From: Tubulanus polymorphus | Taxonomy: Eukaryota > Animalia > Nemertea | Length of the DNA stretch: 64,000 bases | Direction of reading: 5' to 3' | NCBI RefSeq assembly: GCF_964204645.1 | Contig: NC_134026.1 | Location: 6,843,950-6,907,949 of the forward strand | Shown here: one piece after another, positions 49,791 through 62,198 of the stretch | How positions within the stretch are numbered: the first letter of the stretch is position 1 | Layout of the letters: each line of letters starts with the position of its first letter | Made by a program: the position numbers and the translations under genes | The notes under the pieces: generated by a model | Seen by the model: the letters and a program-made list of their open reading frames with translations, nothing else | Database searches by the model: none | What the model was told of the DNA's origin: nothing

Positions 49791-52199
49791 GCTTCGACGA
49801 CTTCAGTGCGATCAAAGTAAATCTTTACTTTATCCATAATATGTTTATTGAAGAGAAGTCAAGATGGATTTTCTTTGCTGACCACAAGTGCCGACTGAAA
49901 GAAAACTGGTGGCGCCGAGCACTTCCGGCATCAAATACTGAACAATTGAACATAAGAAATATTTCTTGTAAGCAACAAAAAACCTTCATTTCATTGTTGA
50001 AAGGAATTACACAGACTTTTAGCGTTAACCAGCGAGCGAGCGTAATTACCGGTAAAATCGGGCGAATAGTTGCAAAAAGCTTGTAATTTGTGATTGTATC
50101 GTTTTAAGTACAATAGTAAATTGGCTGCGAATACAGAACCAGGTCCGCGATCCTAAAACACAACTCAATGATTAAGTGCAGCCGGCAGCTCATCGGGGGA
50201 TCTACTTCATTGTGACAATAGTTATCAGCTTGTCGTCCTCCTCGACGTATACAATCAACTAGCGTTTGTTGTTGATCTGAAGTCGTCTGGCACCGGGTCC
50301 ATCGACCGCAACCCATTTCGCACATCGACCGCCGGCTAGTTTGCACCGAGCATCGGCCAGTCCACACCGTCCGTGACCCAGTCCGTGCCGTACTGCTACT
50401 GAATAGTGCATTTTTGACAATCATTCACCACACCTGCCTGGTCACCACCATACTGACTTGACTAACGTATAAATCTTATCCACCACTAGAGCTCAGTGGT
50501 GTTGTGATTAGGCTAGAGGCTGGGCTTATCGATTAGCCAGATAAATAGTTGACCTAATTTTGCATTTTTCTCGTGAAAAATTGCCCTTTTTAAATGACAA
50601 ACTGCTGCTGTAAATTGCTGCCTACGGGTTTGAACCCAGTAATTAGTCTGATTGAGTTTCAAGCCCTTCCGCAGCTTGTGCTAGACCTATCAGGGGATAT
50701 GAAGTTCATAGCCCAAAGCAACACAATGAATTCGGGAAAAAAGTTAATCATAGAAAATGATTAAAAAGATCAGAATCTTTGTCTAGATGTCTAAGACGAG
50801 GTCGAGTGTAGGGTAAGATTTATAACCTGGTCCCAGTTGCACAGTCGTGACTGTTTTTACGTCCAAAATGTTCTTAGATCTTACATGACCTCGGGGCTAG
50901 TCTTAATCTGTTAGATTATCTATAGACCCAAAACGGCCCTAGACTGGTCTTAAGTTTCTATAACTAAGTTCTTAAAACTAAGCGGTGACCGCGAAACTGG
51001 CCCTTCGGCCAGTAATAAATATACTGGAATGACAAAGTGAGATTTGAAAAATGAAGTCAAGATTCGAAAATTGTTTAAACATTGAACTCGTAGAGAATCA
51101 AGCTCTACAAAATATGGCATGGTTTTGGACAACAATGCCACCCGAGTTCAGATAACGATCAGCGTGAATTCCTAATTATCAATTATCCATCATCAATTAT
51201 GCAATTCAAAACTTAACGGATATAAGAAACATCGGGTAGCGTATAATTCTAGGCCCGTCTCTCACCTGGCCTCCACCGCCCTGTCTATTGGTACCAGGGC
51301 CAGGGCAGCTGATCCTATCGTCTCCTAGATAATGAACTCGATTAATTAGACATTACACGATGCTCAGTGTGCGCCATTGTTATCTTGTCAATTCAATTTC
51401 AAGTTTACCAACAGTCGTGATTGTTGAATATAGTTACTCTTATTAACGGCGACAATTGTTGAATAATAATCGATAATGAATTGAAGTCGCGTGTAACAAG
51501 AAACCAAATTCATTTCCATTGACGGTGACGTAATCATAATTTGCGTGGTCGGTATTCAATTTGCATGCACCATTTGCAGTTTTACAGTCGCGAGATACGA
51601 TTTCTAAGGTTGTCAGATTGAAATTATGGGGTATCGTAAGATTTGAGGAATGGTGTCATATAATTATGCTTAACCGGAAGGGAGGTTTGTCAGAGTGGTC
51701 AATCAAGTTATGGCACCCTGTGCATACCTCCTCCCAACATGATCAAGATTTGACTCGGTGATCATTTGAGAGGCTTCTCTTTTGTTGTAAGCGTGTACAA
51801 GATACATTGCTAACCTCCATTGAATTTGGAATTCGAAGTTTAAATGCAGCTGGCACGTGCATTTTTCGCAAAAAAACAATGACATAATTTTTGAGTTAAC
51901 GGGAAGACAGGTTCTAAGGTTCGTTTTAGAGTCCATGGGTTACCTAAATTTGTTTAAAGTACGAGCTTTCGCTACTGTGCATACGTCATCTGGTAAATGA
52001 TTTTACACATCCAGTCATTTACCTGATGAAGCTGGAAGAGTTCACTAATGTACATTTCAACTTGACTTTGAAAATGATAATGTAAACTTATCAATTTAAC
52101 TTCAAATCACAACTGTGGAACTGGTTACCTATTAACTCCACGAGTCTCCAAGATTTTTTGTTTTTGTTTTAAGTTTATTTACGGTGATTTCAGGATTTA

Positions 52200-52568
52200 T
52201 TTTGTGATTTCCTACATGTATTTGATACATGGGGAGTGCGCCAGGGAGATGGGACCAGGATATATTCTTTCCTATTGATTCGATAGGCCTGGAGAGATGC
52301 ACCAGGGAGATGGATGAAGTCCCCGGCAATCCAAGGATGTTGTGGTTTTCGGATTTGATGATCTTTCAGGGAGTGCGACTGGGAGATAAGTGAAGCCATC
52401 CGGTGAACACTCTGGGCCATATTCTGTGTTATTTCCTATTGATTCCATAAGCCTGGGGGTGCGCCAGGGAGATTGCAAAGTTCCTCTGGTGAACACATTG
52501 GGCCAGGGACACATTGTGTGATTTTCTACATTTATTTGATAAGCTTGCAGGGAATCTGCCAGGGAGGC
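52200..52568. repeat. Dispersed/tandem repeat with GGGAGTGCGCCAGGGAGA core (also 55288-55347)
   Basis: Core and flanking tttgtgatttt.cta.at..atttgata recur. Confidence 0.7.
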
Positions 52569-55369
52569 GGATAGGGCTTCTCTATACGCAATGGCAAAGG
52601 CACATTTATTCTCCCACTATATGAACATGAACGTACGCTCCGAGTTCAACGGTAGATATTTAATTACGTTACATTAAATACTTTATGAATACTCGAAGGT
52701 ATTGTAGAGAACATTTAAAACAAGATCAAATGTAAATGCGTTTTTAGTCGCTATCGAGACGTGTTGAAAGTTCGACTTGGCTCTTAATGTCTTACACTGT
52801 TTTCACATCGGAGTACTCCCGGCGGACTGCTCCGGGTCGCGATCTATCGGTTCCGTCCTCGTTTCATTACTTTTGTAAATGACTTAATTACAAACTCGGC
52901 GTTAAATTTGCATGGAATAAAAGATCTTGTCAATTCCGAGTCGTGTCCCTTGTTAGTAATTTTCACGCGATATGCTCCTGTCGTCATTTCAGGTGATGTT
53001 TTACCGTTGATAGATACAGATCAGTTTTGTCGTCGTATGCAAAAACAATATACCCGCCGAGCCCGACGACTTCGACCCGCGGGACTATCATCCATTTTAC
53101 TGCCGAACTATATTCCGCAATCTAATACAATTCAATCCGTCTATCACTTAATGTCTTTTTGCCTTAAATTAGGTATCTGCAATGCGCGCGCGCTCTCTCA
53201 CTTACTCACTCACTCCCCGACACTGCTAAATACCACTCGGGAGTTGGATGTAATTTCTAGAAGTTGATAAACCCTTCCTTGCATCTCCGCTGTGACCGCC
53301 TTTTGTTGTATTCTATTTGATTTATAATGGTTCGGGCGACTGTTTAAAAAGCCGTATCAGGTTCTATCGCTGGAGTTAGTAGCTATACCGAATTTGACGA
53401 ATACAAAGTGTCATGTGTAAATGGGCCTAAAAGTGTCATCGTTTCGCCTCAAGCAGCCGAGCCGCCAGTCATCACTAGCTGTCTGCTTGTCGTAAATTAG
53501 GTAATGGTATAGCGATGCACCGATCAAAGCGATCATCAAGAAATTGCTAAGAGAAAAGATAAGCTAACCGTAATTTAACGTGACACAAGATCCGAGCTAT
53601 TTAAGTGTTCGCGCCGTTCGTTTCGTGATTCAATTTAGTTTTTTGGTCGCCCGTGAAATCGTTCAGATTTATCGTAGTGTTCGTGTTGCGCATGCGTTGT
53701 AACTGGTGAAACCAGTTCCGAATCATCACATACAAATAAAAGGACAATTGTGGTCTGTATCCATCAATAGAAAATATCCGTGGTCTCAGGCTGTAGTGTT
53801 TACTGTCAATTTACATAATCTTGACTGAATCAAATTGAGGTCTAAAATCAAAAGGCCGGTCTTCTAAGTTGTTGGTTTGGCTACAGAACCAAAGCTTGGT
53901 AGATTGGTTATAAAGCCATAAAATGAGCTTAGACTGGTCCTTAGTTGTTAGATTGACTATAGAACCATAATGGATTTAACCAAGGCGGTATCTCTTCCTC
54001 CTATCTGACTTTTTCAAACTCCGATGGCATTTCGCTGTTTTTGAAGTTACATCATCATTCAACGGCGTAAAAACTTATCCAGATTTCAATCGCGATTTTG
54101 CGGCGTTCGTTTTTAGAATATGCTTATAGAGTCGGTGTCTGGTTTGTTGGAGTTATTGTTTATGACGAGAGGCTGATAGAATATCCGCACGCAATTTTTC
54201 ATTGCCTCCGGTGAAACTCAGGTGTTTTTCCCAAGTCGATCTCATTAGCTAGTAAAACTACAGTCAAACAGACAGAGAGGGGGATCTTTATCTAATGCAC
54301 TGCATCATCCATCAGCAGCGAATCATCGGGGTCTTTATAGAACGGGAAACCTTTGAAAGCTCTCGTAGTACTGCCGTGGCGAACGTGAATGGAAGCAACG
54401 CGAGATCCAGGGGATCGGGTTTGCCGATTAACCCGATCTATAGGACGTATCATGTTAGTCAAAGACAAACAAAGTGCATCCAATTCTAAAGCACTCAGCG
54501 ACGAATGAATATTTGATAGCGGAGAAAATATTCGCTAAATAGCTTGTCGTCCATTTGTGATGAAATCCTCGACGGGGACATGGCGTAAAGCACGTAAAGA
54601 GACGAATTCTATTCACCGTTCATTCTCTTTAGGGACGTCTGAATATTTCATAGGAAACTTTACATTCATAAAAATCCGTAACTCGACTAAAATGATAATA
54701 GGATTAGCGAAACGGTTTGTTCAATATTCATCATTATCTTTGTGTTCGTGATTTTTTTTTTGTAGCGATTTATTAAAAGGAAATCTCAACTTAAAAGGGG
54801 TCTGTTTAATACCGTTGCGTCAACTCGGATATCGCGAGCTGGTTTGTTTGGTCGTTATTGTATACCTGACTGCGTCGATTTATTTGAAACATGATAGTAG
54901 TACTTCCCTCTAAAAGATGTCCATCACTTTCCACTGTTTAATCAACCCTTTAGAACCAACGGTGACACGTTATGTATGTTTTCACCTGTAAGCAATCTTT
55001 CACTAAGTTCAAATATTAAAAAACGGTTAAAGTCACAATGCGAAGCAAATTCCTATTTGATGAACATACGAGATATTTCTACTATAATAGTTCTATTAGT
55101 TGACCTTCTAACTACTCCATGTTCGTCAAGTACGAACGTGAGCGGTTGAGGCTTTGTTTGCTTCACAAGAAATAATAAAAATTGACCCCACAAAAACATA
55201 ACTTCATTTCACAGGCATGGTGACAATGTTCAAATTCAAGATGTAACATCACAAGATGGAGGCTTTTCTCTCTCATTCCGATCCAAGGACATTTTTTGTG
55301 ATTTTCTATATTGATTTGATACGCCTGTAGGGAGTGCGCCAGGGAGAAATATGGCGATCCAAGAGACCC

Positions 55370-55498
55370 GGGCCTGGTTCCATAGTCGAGACTTAACGCA
55401 AATTTAAGACCAACTTAGCAAAGTCGATCTTAGAGGATTTAAGACAAAAAATGACTTAAGACTAGACTTATTTTAAGTCTCGACTATGGCACCGGCCC
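55370..55498. mobile_element. Short Harbinger-like MITE with ~27-bp TIR
   Basis: GGGCCTGGTTCCATAGTCGAGACTTAA ... TTAAGTCTCGACTATGGCACCGGCCC. Confidence 0.8.
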
Positions 55499-56745
55499 CC
55501 AGATATTAGATATTATTAAGTCGACGGAGTAACAACAGTATCTATTCAATTACTTGTTCATCGTATCAGAAGTAGAAAGATACACACAAGAAATTGAAAG
55601 AAAAAAAAACAAAAAGATACATGATTACAAGAAAAAAAAACGGAACCATAACTGATCAATACAAAGAGACAAACAAATTTTACCGAGAAGATTTTGGTCA
55701 TAAATCTGTTGTATTCTCTAATCAGTGTCCCTTACCTATAAATGCATGATTTTGCATGCGAAAATTAGTTGGTCCTAATCTTCGAGAAAAAGAGAGTTAT
55801 ACAAAAGAAGAAGAAAATGGCTTCAGAATAGTAGAATAGCCCGTATCGGCCCGACGTGGAGAATAAACGATAAAATCAAAACCCACAAAATGCAAATTTT
55901 CAAACAAAATTCCAGACTCGAAAATTGATGACACGACATTTCGAACTCCGTCAGGGTTTAAGATGCATTCTGGCGGAAACCCATCCATTCACCTATCCAC
56001 ACCTATGCAACCCTACACCGATTCCATCGTTCAAACATTATAACGACGATTAGTCTATTCTCGGGATTAAAACGATGCTATCTTTGCTGGTATTGTCGTC
56101 AAACACCTTGCAAATTACACCCTACGTTTTGTCGACACAAAGGACTCTGTTTCACGGTGTAATTACCGTTAACTGTCTCTCATCATTCGCAGTGAGCTCA
56201 TACACGGTCTATACACAACGTGAAACAATCATTTTGTAGTCACGAGAATTTAGGAAATAATTGCCTGAATACACAGCATCACGTGACGTGTGTAGTGTAG
56301 AACGAGTCGGGTTAATGTTTAATTCATGAGACCCCGGTCACTTAATGGATCTTAAAATCCGGTGTGAACTATCGATTATCATAATCTATCATTTTTCTTC
56401 ATTTGCGTTATTTACTTCCGGTACTTATTGTTGTTAAAGAATCAAGTACTTGTAGTAACTATGTCAAACTGTGGAACTGGGTCATTGTGGATTTGAGTCC
56501 TGCAATGGGGAACTGGGTCCTGAAGTGTGAAATTGGGTCTGAACTGTAGACTTGAGTCGGACTGAGCTGCGGAACTGGAACCTGAACTGGTCCCGCATGA
56601 ATTGTGGAACTGAGTTCTGAACTCTGGACCTCAGGGTTTGGCCCTAAATATGACTCGGTCACAGCTTTTGAAAGGGCTCCTGTTGCCATACCTAGTTATG
56701 TAGAAGAAAAGGGATAGACAAGACGCGAATACAAGTCTGGTCGAT

Positions 56746-56786
56746 CCTACGAGCAATCATCTCAAGATGAGATGATTGCTCGTAGG
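56746..56786. repeat. Perfect 19-bp-stem hairpin
   Basis: CCTACGAGCAATCATCTCA-aga-TGAGATGATTGCTCGTAGG. Confidence 0.95.
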
Positions 56787-58299
56787 GTCATTAGAATGAT
56801 GCACCAGTTTCTGCAACTGATATTCCCAACATTGTAGAACTGGATCCTGATAAACGTGTGCAGGACACAGACGCAGTCTATATTTACACTTTTTCAATCA
56901 TGAGATAAAACATTCACTAACTTTCGACCTGATCGACTCGCATTCATTTCCATCACGAATCAAATATTTCTCATTACATAAATAAGATTTGTCTGCATGT
57001 TCTCCCCGATAAACACCTCAATTCGACTGGGAACGCGACGATCAAATTTCACCGGAACCACGAATCGAACAGGAAGAAGAATACTAGAGCCGCCACCAGA
57101 ATTGATGAAAATTTTAAAAAAGACAGTATACATCTTTTTTGCGAAACCAATTGACTGAAGTCTGGCACGACAAATTCAGACATGGATTTCCATAGTGTGA
57201 AGTGTGGATGATCAGTTTTTGTAAGTTTACTGAGAAAATGTCAACTGTCTGGTGTTTGCAGTATATTTTAGATAAAAAGAAAGTCTCGGGTGAAGTCCTG
57301 AACACATGAAGTGTAGATGATCAGTTTATGAAGGTATGCTGATATGAAGTGTGGAGGAGGCCAGTTCCACATTCTCTGGATGCTAGTTCCCGGCTGAGCG
57401 ACGCAGGATCAGACTGCCAAAGGATGCAGTCTCCAGGCTGCAGATTGCCTGAGGGGGATGCAGCTGATGTTATAGGTTACATGTAGACTGCTGAACCGTA
57501 TAACCAGTGCCTCCTTCTGGTGTCAGAAGAAGAACGTGCGATTTTTAAATACTTATCGGATGTGGCACAGACTATATTTGATATACCACCAAGCGACTAA
57601 ATTCCCACTGCCGATAAAAAATATCGCTAGACCAAATCATCTGAATCTCACATCATTTTTTCATTTGTTTTTTTCTCCTTTTTATTCAGAGATCCGCAGA
57701 CTATGAACACGGTTGCCATTGGAGCATCGATTAACTGTGACGGCTATTGTTAGGATTCACATTACGTTGTTTCACATTTCAACCCCGCAAACAACGACAG
57801 AAACAGATTTTTCATTAGTGTCACAAATCACCAGAGCATCGTTTCGTGATAACTTTTATTCGTAGCCACGTTTTTTCGTAAGAAAGTTTTGCTTAAAGAA
57901 TAATCGGTTTCCACGTCTAGGTGCCACGGCCCTTGGAGAAAGTGCAATTAAATGATTGGATATCTAACCAGTCACTGCAGTCGGTGGTAGTTCGGAAATT
58001 GAAAAATGATACCAACGTCTCTTCACGCGGAAATGGACCTGCTACGAAATAATAATCGCCATCGTGGCCTTTTATAAATCGCAACACGAAAATTCTCTGC
58101 GTCACCGCGAAAATGGTTTTATTGTCTTCGATATTCTAGACGTTTTTGGTCGGTACTTAGTGCGAATGGGTTTTAATTGACTGCCAGTAGCCTGCACGCA
58201 TAAGGTGTAGAATTGCTTGCTTTGAAGTCGGTGTCTCTTAGGGGGACCAGCTCACTGTGAGGCTGAATCCATATAAGCGCTCTATAATCGATCGAAGTA

Positions 58300-58565
58300 G
58301 GACTCTCTTCCTCTTTATCACTGTCCCTCTCTCCGACTCTCTCTCTCTCTCTCTCCGGCCTAACTCTCTCCCTCCACCTCTCTAGTCTCCCTCTCTACAT
58401 CTCTCCCTCTTTCCCTATCTCTCCCTCCCTCTCCCCCTCGTCCTCTCTCTCCGCGGTCTCACTCTCTCCCTCCATCCATCTCTCTGGTCTCCCAGCTCTC
58501 TTCTCTCTCGGTCTCTTACTCCCCTCTCTCTCCCCTCGCTCTTTCTCTCGTTCCCTCTACCTCTG
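58300..58565 (+). repeat. Pyrimidine-rich (CT) low-complexity tract
   Basis: Composition. Confidence 0.9.
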
Positions 58566-59098
58566 TTTGTGTAATACAGTGAATTAAGTCGTCAGAAGAA
58601 AATAAAGACAGGTTGAGAGATAATTTGCGGAGCGCGATGGTGAGGTAATGAGGAGAAGGTTTCCTGTAACCGCTAGTATTAAACCATCCACTCTCGTAGA
58701 TTAAGCTTCTTAACGAACGCTTTGAAAGTCAAGCCTCACCGGCGCGGTGAGCGTGCGTGCGACTGATGGAGGATAAAATTAGATGTAGCATTAAATAGGA
58801 CACTTAAAGACAACATAAATTACATTAGTTCTCGTATTATACCCTGGCGCGCGAGAAGAGTAAAGAAGAAGCCGAGGGCTTTTCTTAATAACGTTTTCTT
58901 TACGGCAATGCTTTTATATAAATTAAACACGTAAATTAATTTCTCCTCATTTCCTTTGGTGTTCAATCAGGTCGCTACTTATCGGTGGATCTTTTATTAA
59001 ATCACTGTCTGATTCTATCTGGATTAGATCGCGCAAACCTGCCGGCTAAAACAGTGCGCACATAGCCGTGACGTCACGATACTGTAGACAGACAGGGA

Positions 59099-59966
59099 GA
59101 GGCAGAGGCAGAGGCAGAGGCAGAGGCAGAGGCAGAGGCAGAGGCAGAGGCAGAGGCAGAGGCAGAGGCAGAGGCAGAGGCAGAGGCAGAGGCAGAGGCA
59201 GAGGCAGAGGCAGAGGCAGAGGCAGAGGCAGAGGCAGAGGCAGAGGCAGAGGCAGAGGCAGAGGCAGAGGCAGAGGCAGAGGCAGAGGCAGAGGCAGAGG
59301 CAGAGGCAGAGGCAGAGGCAGAGGCAGAGGCAGAGGCAGAGGCAGAGGCAGAGGCAGAGGCAGAGGCAGAGGCAGAGGCAGAGGCAGAGGCAGAGGCAGA
59401 GGCAGAGGCAGAGGCAGAGGCAGAGGCAGAGGCAGAGGCAGAGGCAGAGGCAGAGGCAGAGGCAGAGGCAGAGGCAGAGGCAGAGGCAGAGGCAGAGGCA
59501 GAGGCAGAGGCAGAGGCAGAGGCAGAGGCAGAGGCAGAGGCAGAGGCAGAGGCAGAGGCAGAGGCAGAGGCAGAGGCAGAGGCAGAGGCAGAGGCAGAGG
59601 CAGAGGCAGAGGCAGAGGCAGAGGCAGAGGCAGAGGCAGAGGCAGAGGCAGAGGCAGAGGCAGAGGCAGAGGCAGAGGCAGAGGCAGAGGCAGAGGCAGA
59701 GGCAGAGGCAGAGGCAGAGGCAGAGGCAGAGGCAGAGGCAGAGGCAGAGGCAGAGGCAGAGGCAGAGGCAGAGGCAGAGGCAGAGGCAGAGGCAGAGGCA
59801 GAGGCAGAGGCAGAGGCAGAGGCAGAGGCAGAGGCAGAGGCAGAGGCAGAGGCAGAGGCAGAGGCAGAGGCAGAGGCAGAGGCAGAGGCAGAGGCAGAGG
59901 CAGAGGCAGAGGCAGAGGCAGAGGCAGAGGCAGAGGCAGAGGCAGAGGCAGAGGCAGAGGCAGAGG
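59099..59966 (+). repeat. Pure (GGCAGA)n microsatellite, about 144 units
   Basis: Uninterrupted array. Confidence 0.98.
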
Positions 59967-60659
59967 GGGGACATGAGAGGGTCCAGTGCTTGATATACGT
60001 AATTCATACATCCATTTTAAACGAGATGAGATGCTGGCAATTCTCAAGGTCTCAAGGACGCAACAATTGGACCACATATTCTTACCACGCGTCAGTAATT
60101 TCGCGAATTTGATTCATCATAAAAATCTCTTAGAATCCGTTAAACCACAACACACAACGGCGCCTTGAAACTGGAAACTTCTTTTTTGCAGTGATGACAT
60201 ACATTATTTCTGCTCTATTGACCATATCCTATTTGATAACCTATTCTCGACTTTACGCCCGAGAAGTTCCAACGATTCGCACGACTCCGCACCGCAATAA
60301 ATTGTGAAGAATCTCTAGAAATCAGCTCGGGTTCTGGTTCACGTAGTCTCTAACCCTCTACGCTATTCAACTCGCGGGGATTCTGCCTCTAAAATAAAGC
60401 ACAGCAAATTACTCGCTTATGATTGCGGTAATTTGTTAAAATCGGACAACCGTAACCATAGTTAACGTCGACAATTGCAGAGTAGCGCCGCTGGGACTGC
60501 ACGTCACTTCATCACTGCTCATATATATTGCATAGAGATAAAGGGAGGGAAATACATCTTACTAAATAGAAATCTATCTGACCACAGGGTATAGGGAGAC
60601 AGGGAATTCTTTCCTCCCTACTGTAGTTAGACCAGGAAGATGAGGAGACAGAGAGTGGC

Positions 60660-61005
60660 TGATGTCTAATGTCTGGTGTTTGTAGTTCATTTTCAATTAC
60701 GTATGTCTCAGTTTAAGTTCTGAACACATGTGAAGTGTGGACGACCAGTTTTTGAAAGTTTGCTGATAAGATATCTAATGTCTAGTGTTTGTAGTTTATT
60801 TTCAATTAGAGATGTCTCAGGGGAAGTGCTGAACACATGTGAAGTGCGGACAATCAGTTTTTGAAAGCGCGCTGATAAGATGTCAAATGTCTGGTGTTAG
60901 TAGTTCATTTTGATCTTGGAGTGATCATTTGTCAAATGATTACTCCAAGTTTTGATTAAAGATGTGTCAGGTGAAGTTCTGAATACGCGTGTGAAGTGTA
61001 GATGC
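60660..61005 (+). repeat. About 110-bp satellite-like repeat, 3 units; family also at 22070-22290, 57195-57355 and inverted at 62203-62400
   Basis: Unit atgtctaatgtctggtgtttgtagttcatttt...gaagtgtggacaatcagtttttgaaag...ctgataag. Confidence 0.85.
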
Positions 61006-62041
61006 TCTGGCGTAGGGTCCAGGCTGAAGGGGTACGCATGTCACAAGCTGAAGGTCAGTGCTCAGTGTCCAGGCTGAAGGGGTAGGTACAAGTACTGATT
61101 GAAGTCTCCATGCACTTCTATTTCATTTTTCGCACACAAAATAAATATTTCGTTCTGTTTCTCATTTCCTTGAAACTGAATCTCGATGAAGCTGTTTTTA
61201 CACTTATTCCGCTGGTCATGTTAATATATTGTCAGTCGATCGAATAGCAGGTTGCATATTTCAGCAACTCGACGTGTTTTTTCCTTCCTAGTTGACGACG
61301 ATGATATACCGGTTATTAATATTGCGGTTTGATCAGAATGTTGAGAAACAAGACTTCGATTTGAAAAGGCGTTGATCAAGTTACCGAACGCACGCGGCTG
61401 ACGCGCTCGTGTGCTCCGTTTTAGACGGGGAGGGAAACCTGACCATCGTCATAACTCGGTGGGGAATGGAGAGAGAAAGAGAGAGAGAGACGAGCTAAAA
61501 CTTAGATTACATAATTAATCGTTAACTCAAATTGCCGGCTCCATAAACGCGTAGGAATTAGAGACAGATTAACTAATGTTATATTAAACGTTAAAGTCCG
61601 TTGACAATGAACATTGTCCGGTATATAGAATAGTAAAGATAATATTGACCGTTTAAGAATCTTCATTTTATGAGCTGCGTACAATATAAAAACGGATTGT
61701 GAAGTAATCTGATCAGTTCTCATTCAATTTCGCTCATTAATCCGGTCTATACAGTCGCCTAATTAACGTTCCTCGGTATAGCGTATCGAATACAAACAGA
61801 TCTTTTTTTCGCGGCTTAGAAAACTCCGATTTCGTTGGTAAAATGTTTTGCGAGCGAAAATTCCTATTACTTTATATAATTAAATAGTCGCAATGTTTCT
61901 TACGTTTCGGATATCCATATACGGTATCCATAAATGTACACTAATATTTAATGCACTTGAACAATCAGATAAACAGAGCTGAGAAGACAAAAAGTACGAA
62001 GTAATCGCAAACATATTTACTTCTTTATCAGGCTTTCCAAG

Positions 62042-62198
62042 TTCCAAGTTCTCGATAACTTTCGATAACTTTCAAGTTATTCCAGAGCATCGTTGTTCGG
62101 TACTTCGCCAGAAACATTCTTCCAAGTTCTCGATAACTTTCGATAACTTTCAAGTTATTCCAGAGCATCGTTGTTCGGTACTTCGCCAGAAACATTCT
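62042..62198. repeat. Perfect 78-bp direct tandem duplication
   Basis: ttccaagttctcgataactttcg...gccagaaacattc occurs twice back to back. Confidence 0.93.

Noticed and set aside
59024-60077. ORFs of 302-343 aa (poly-LC, -LP, -GR)
   Set aside because: Stop-free hexamer microsatellite.
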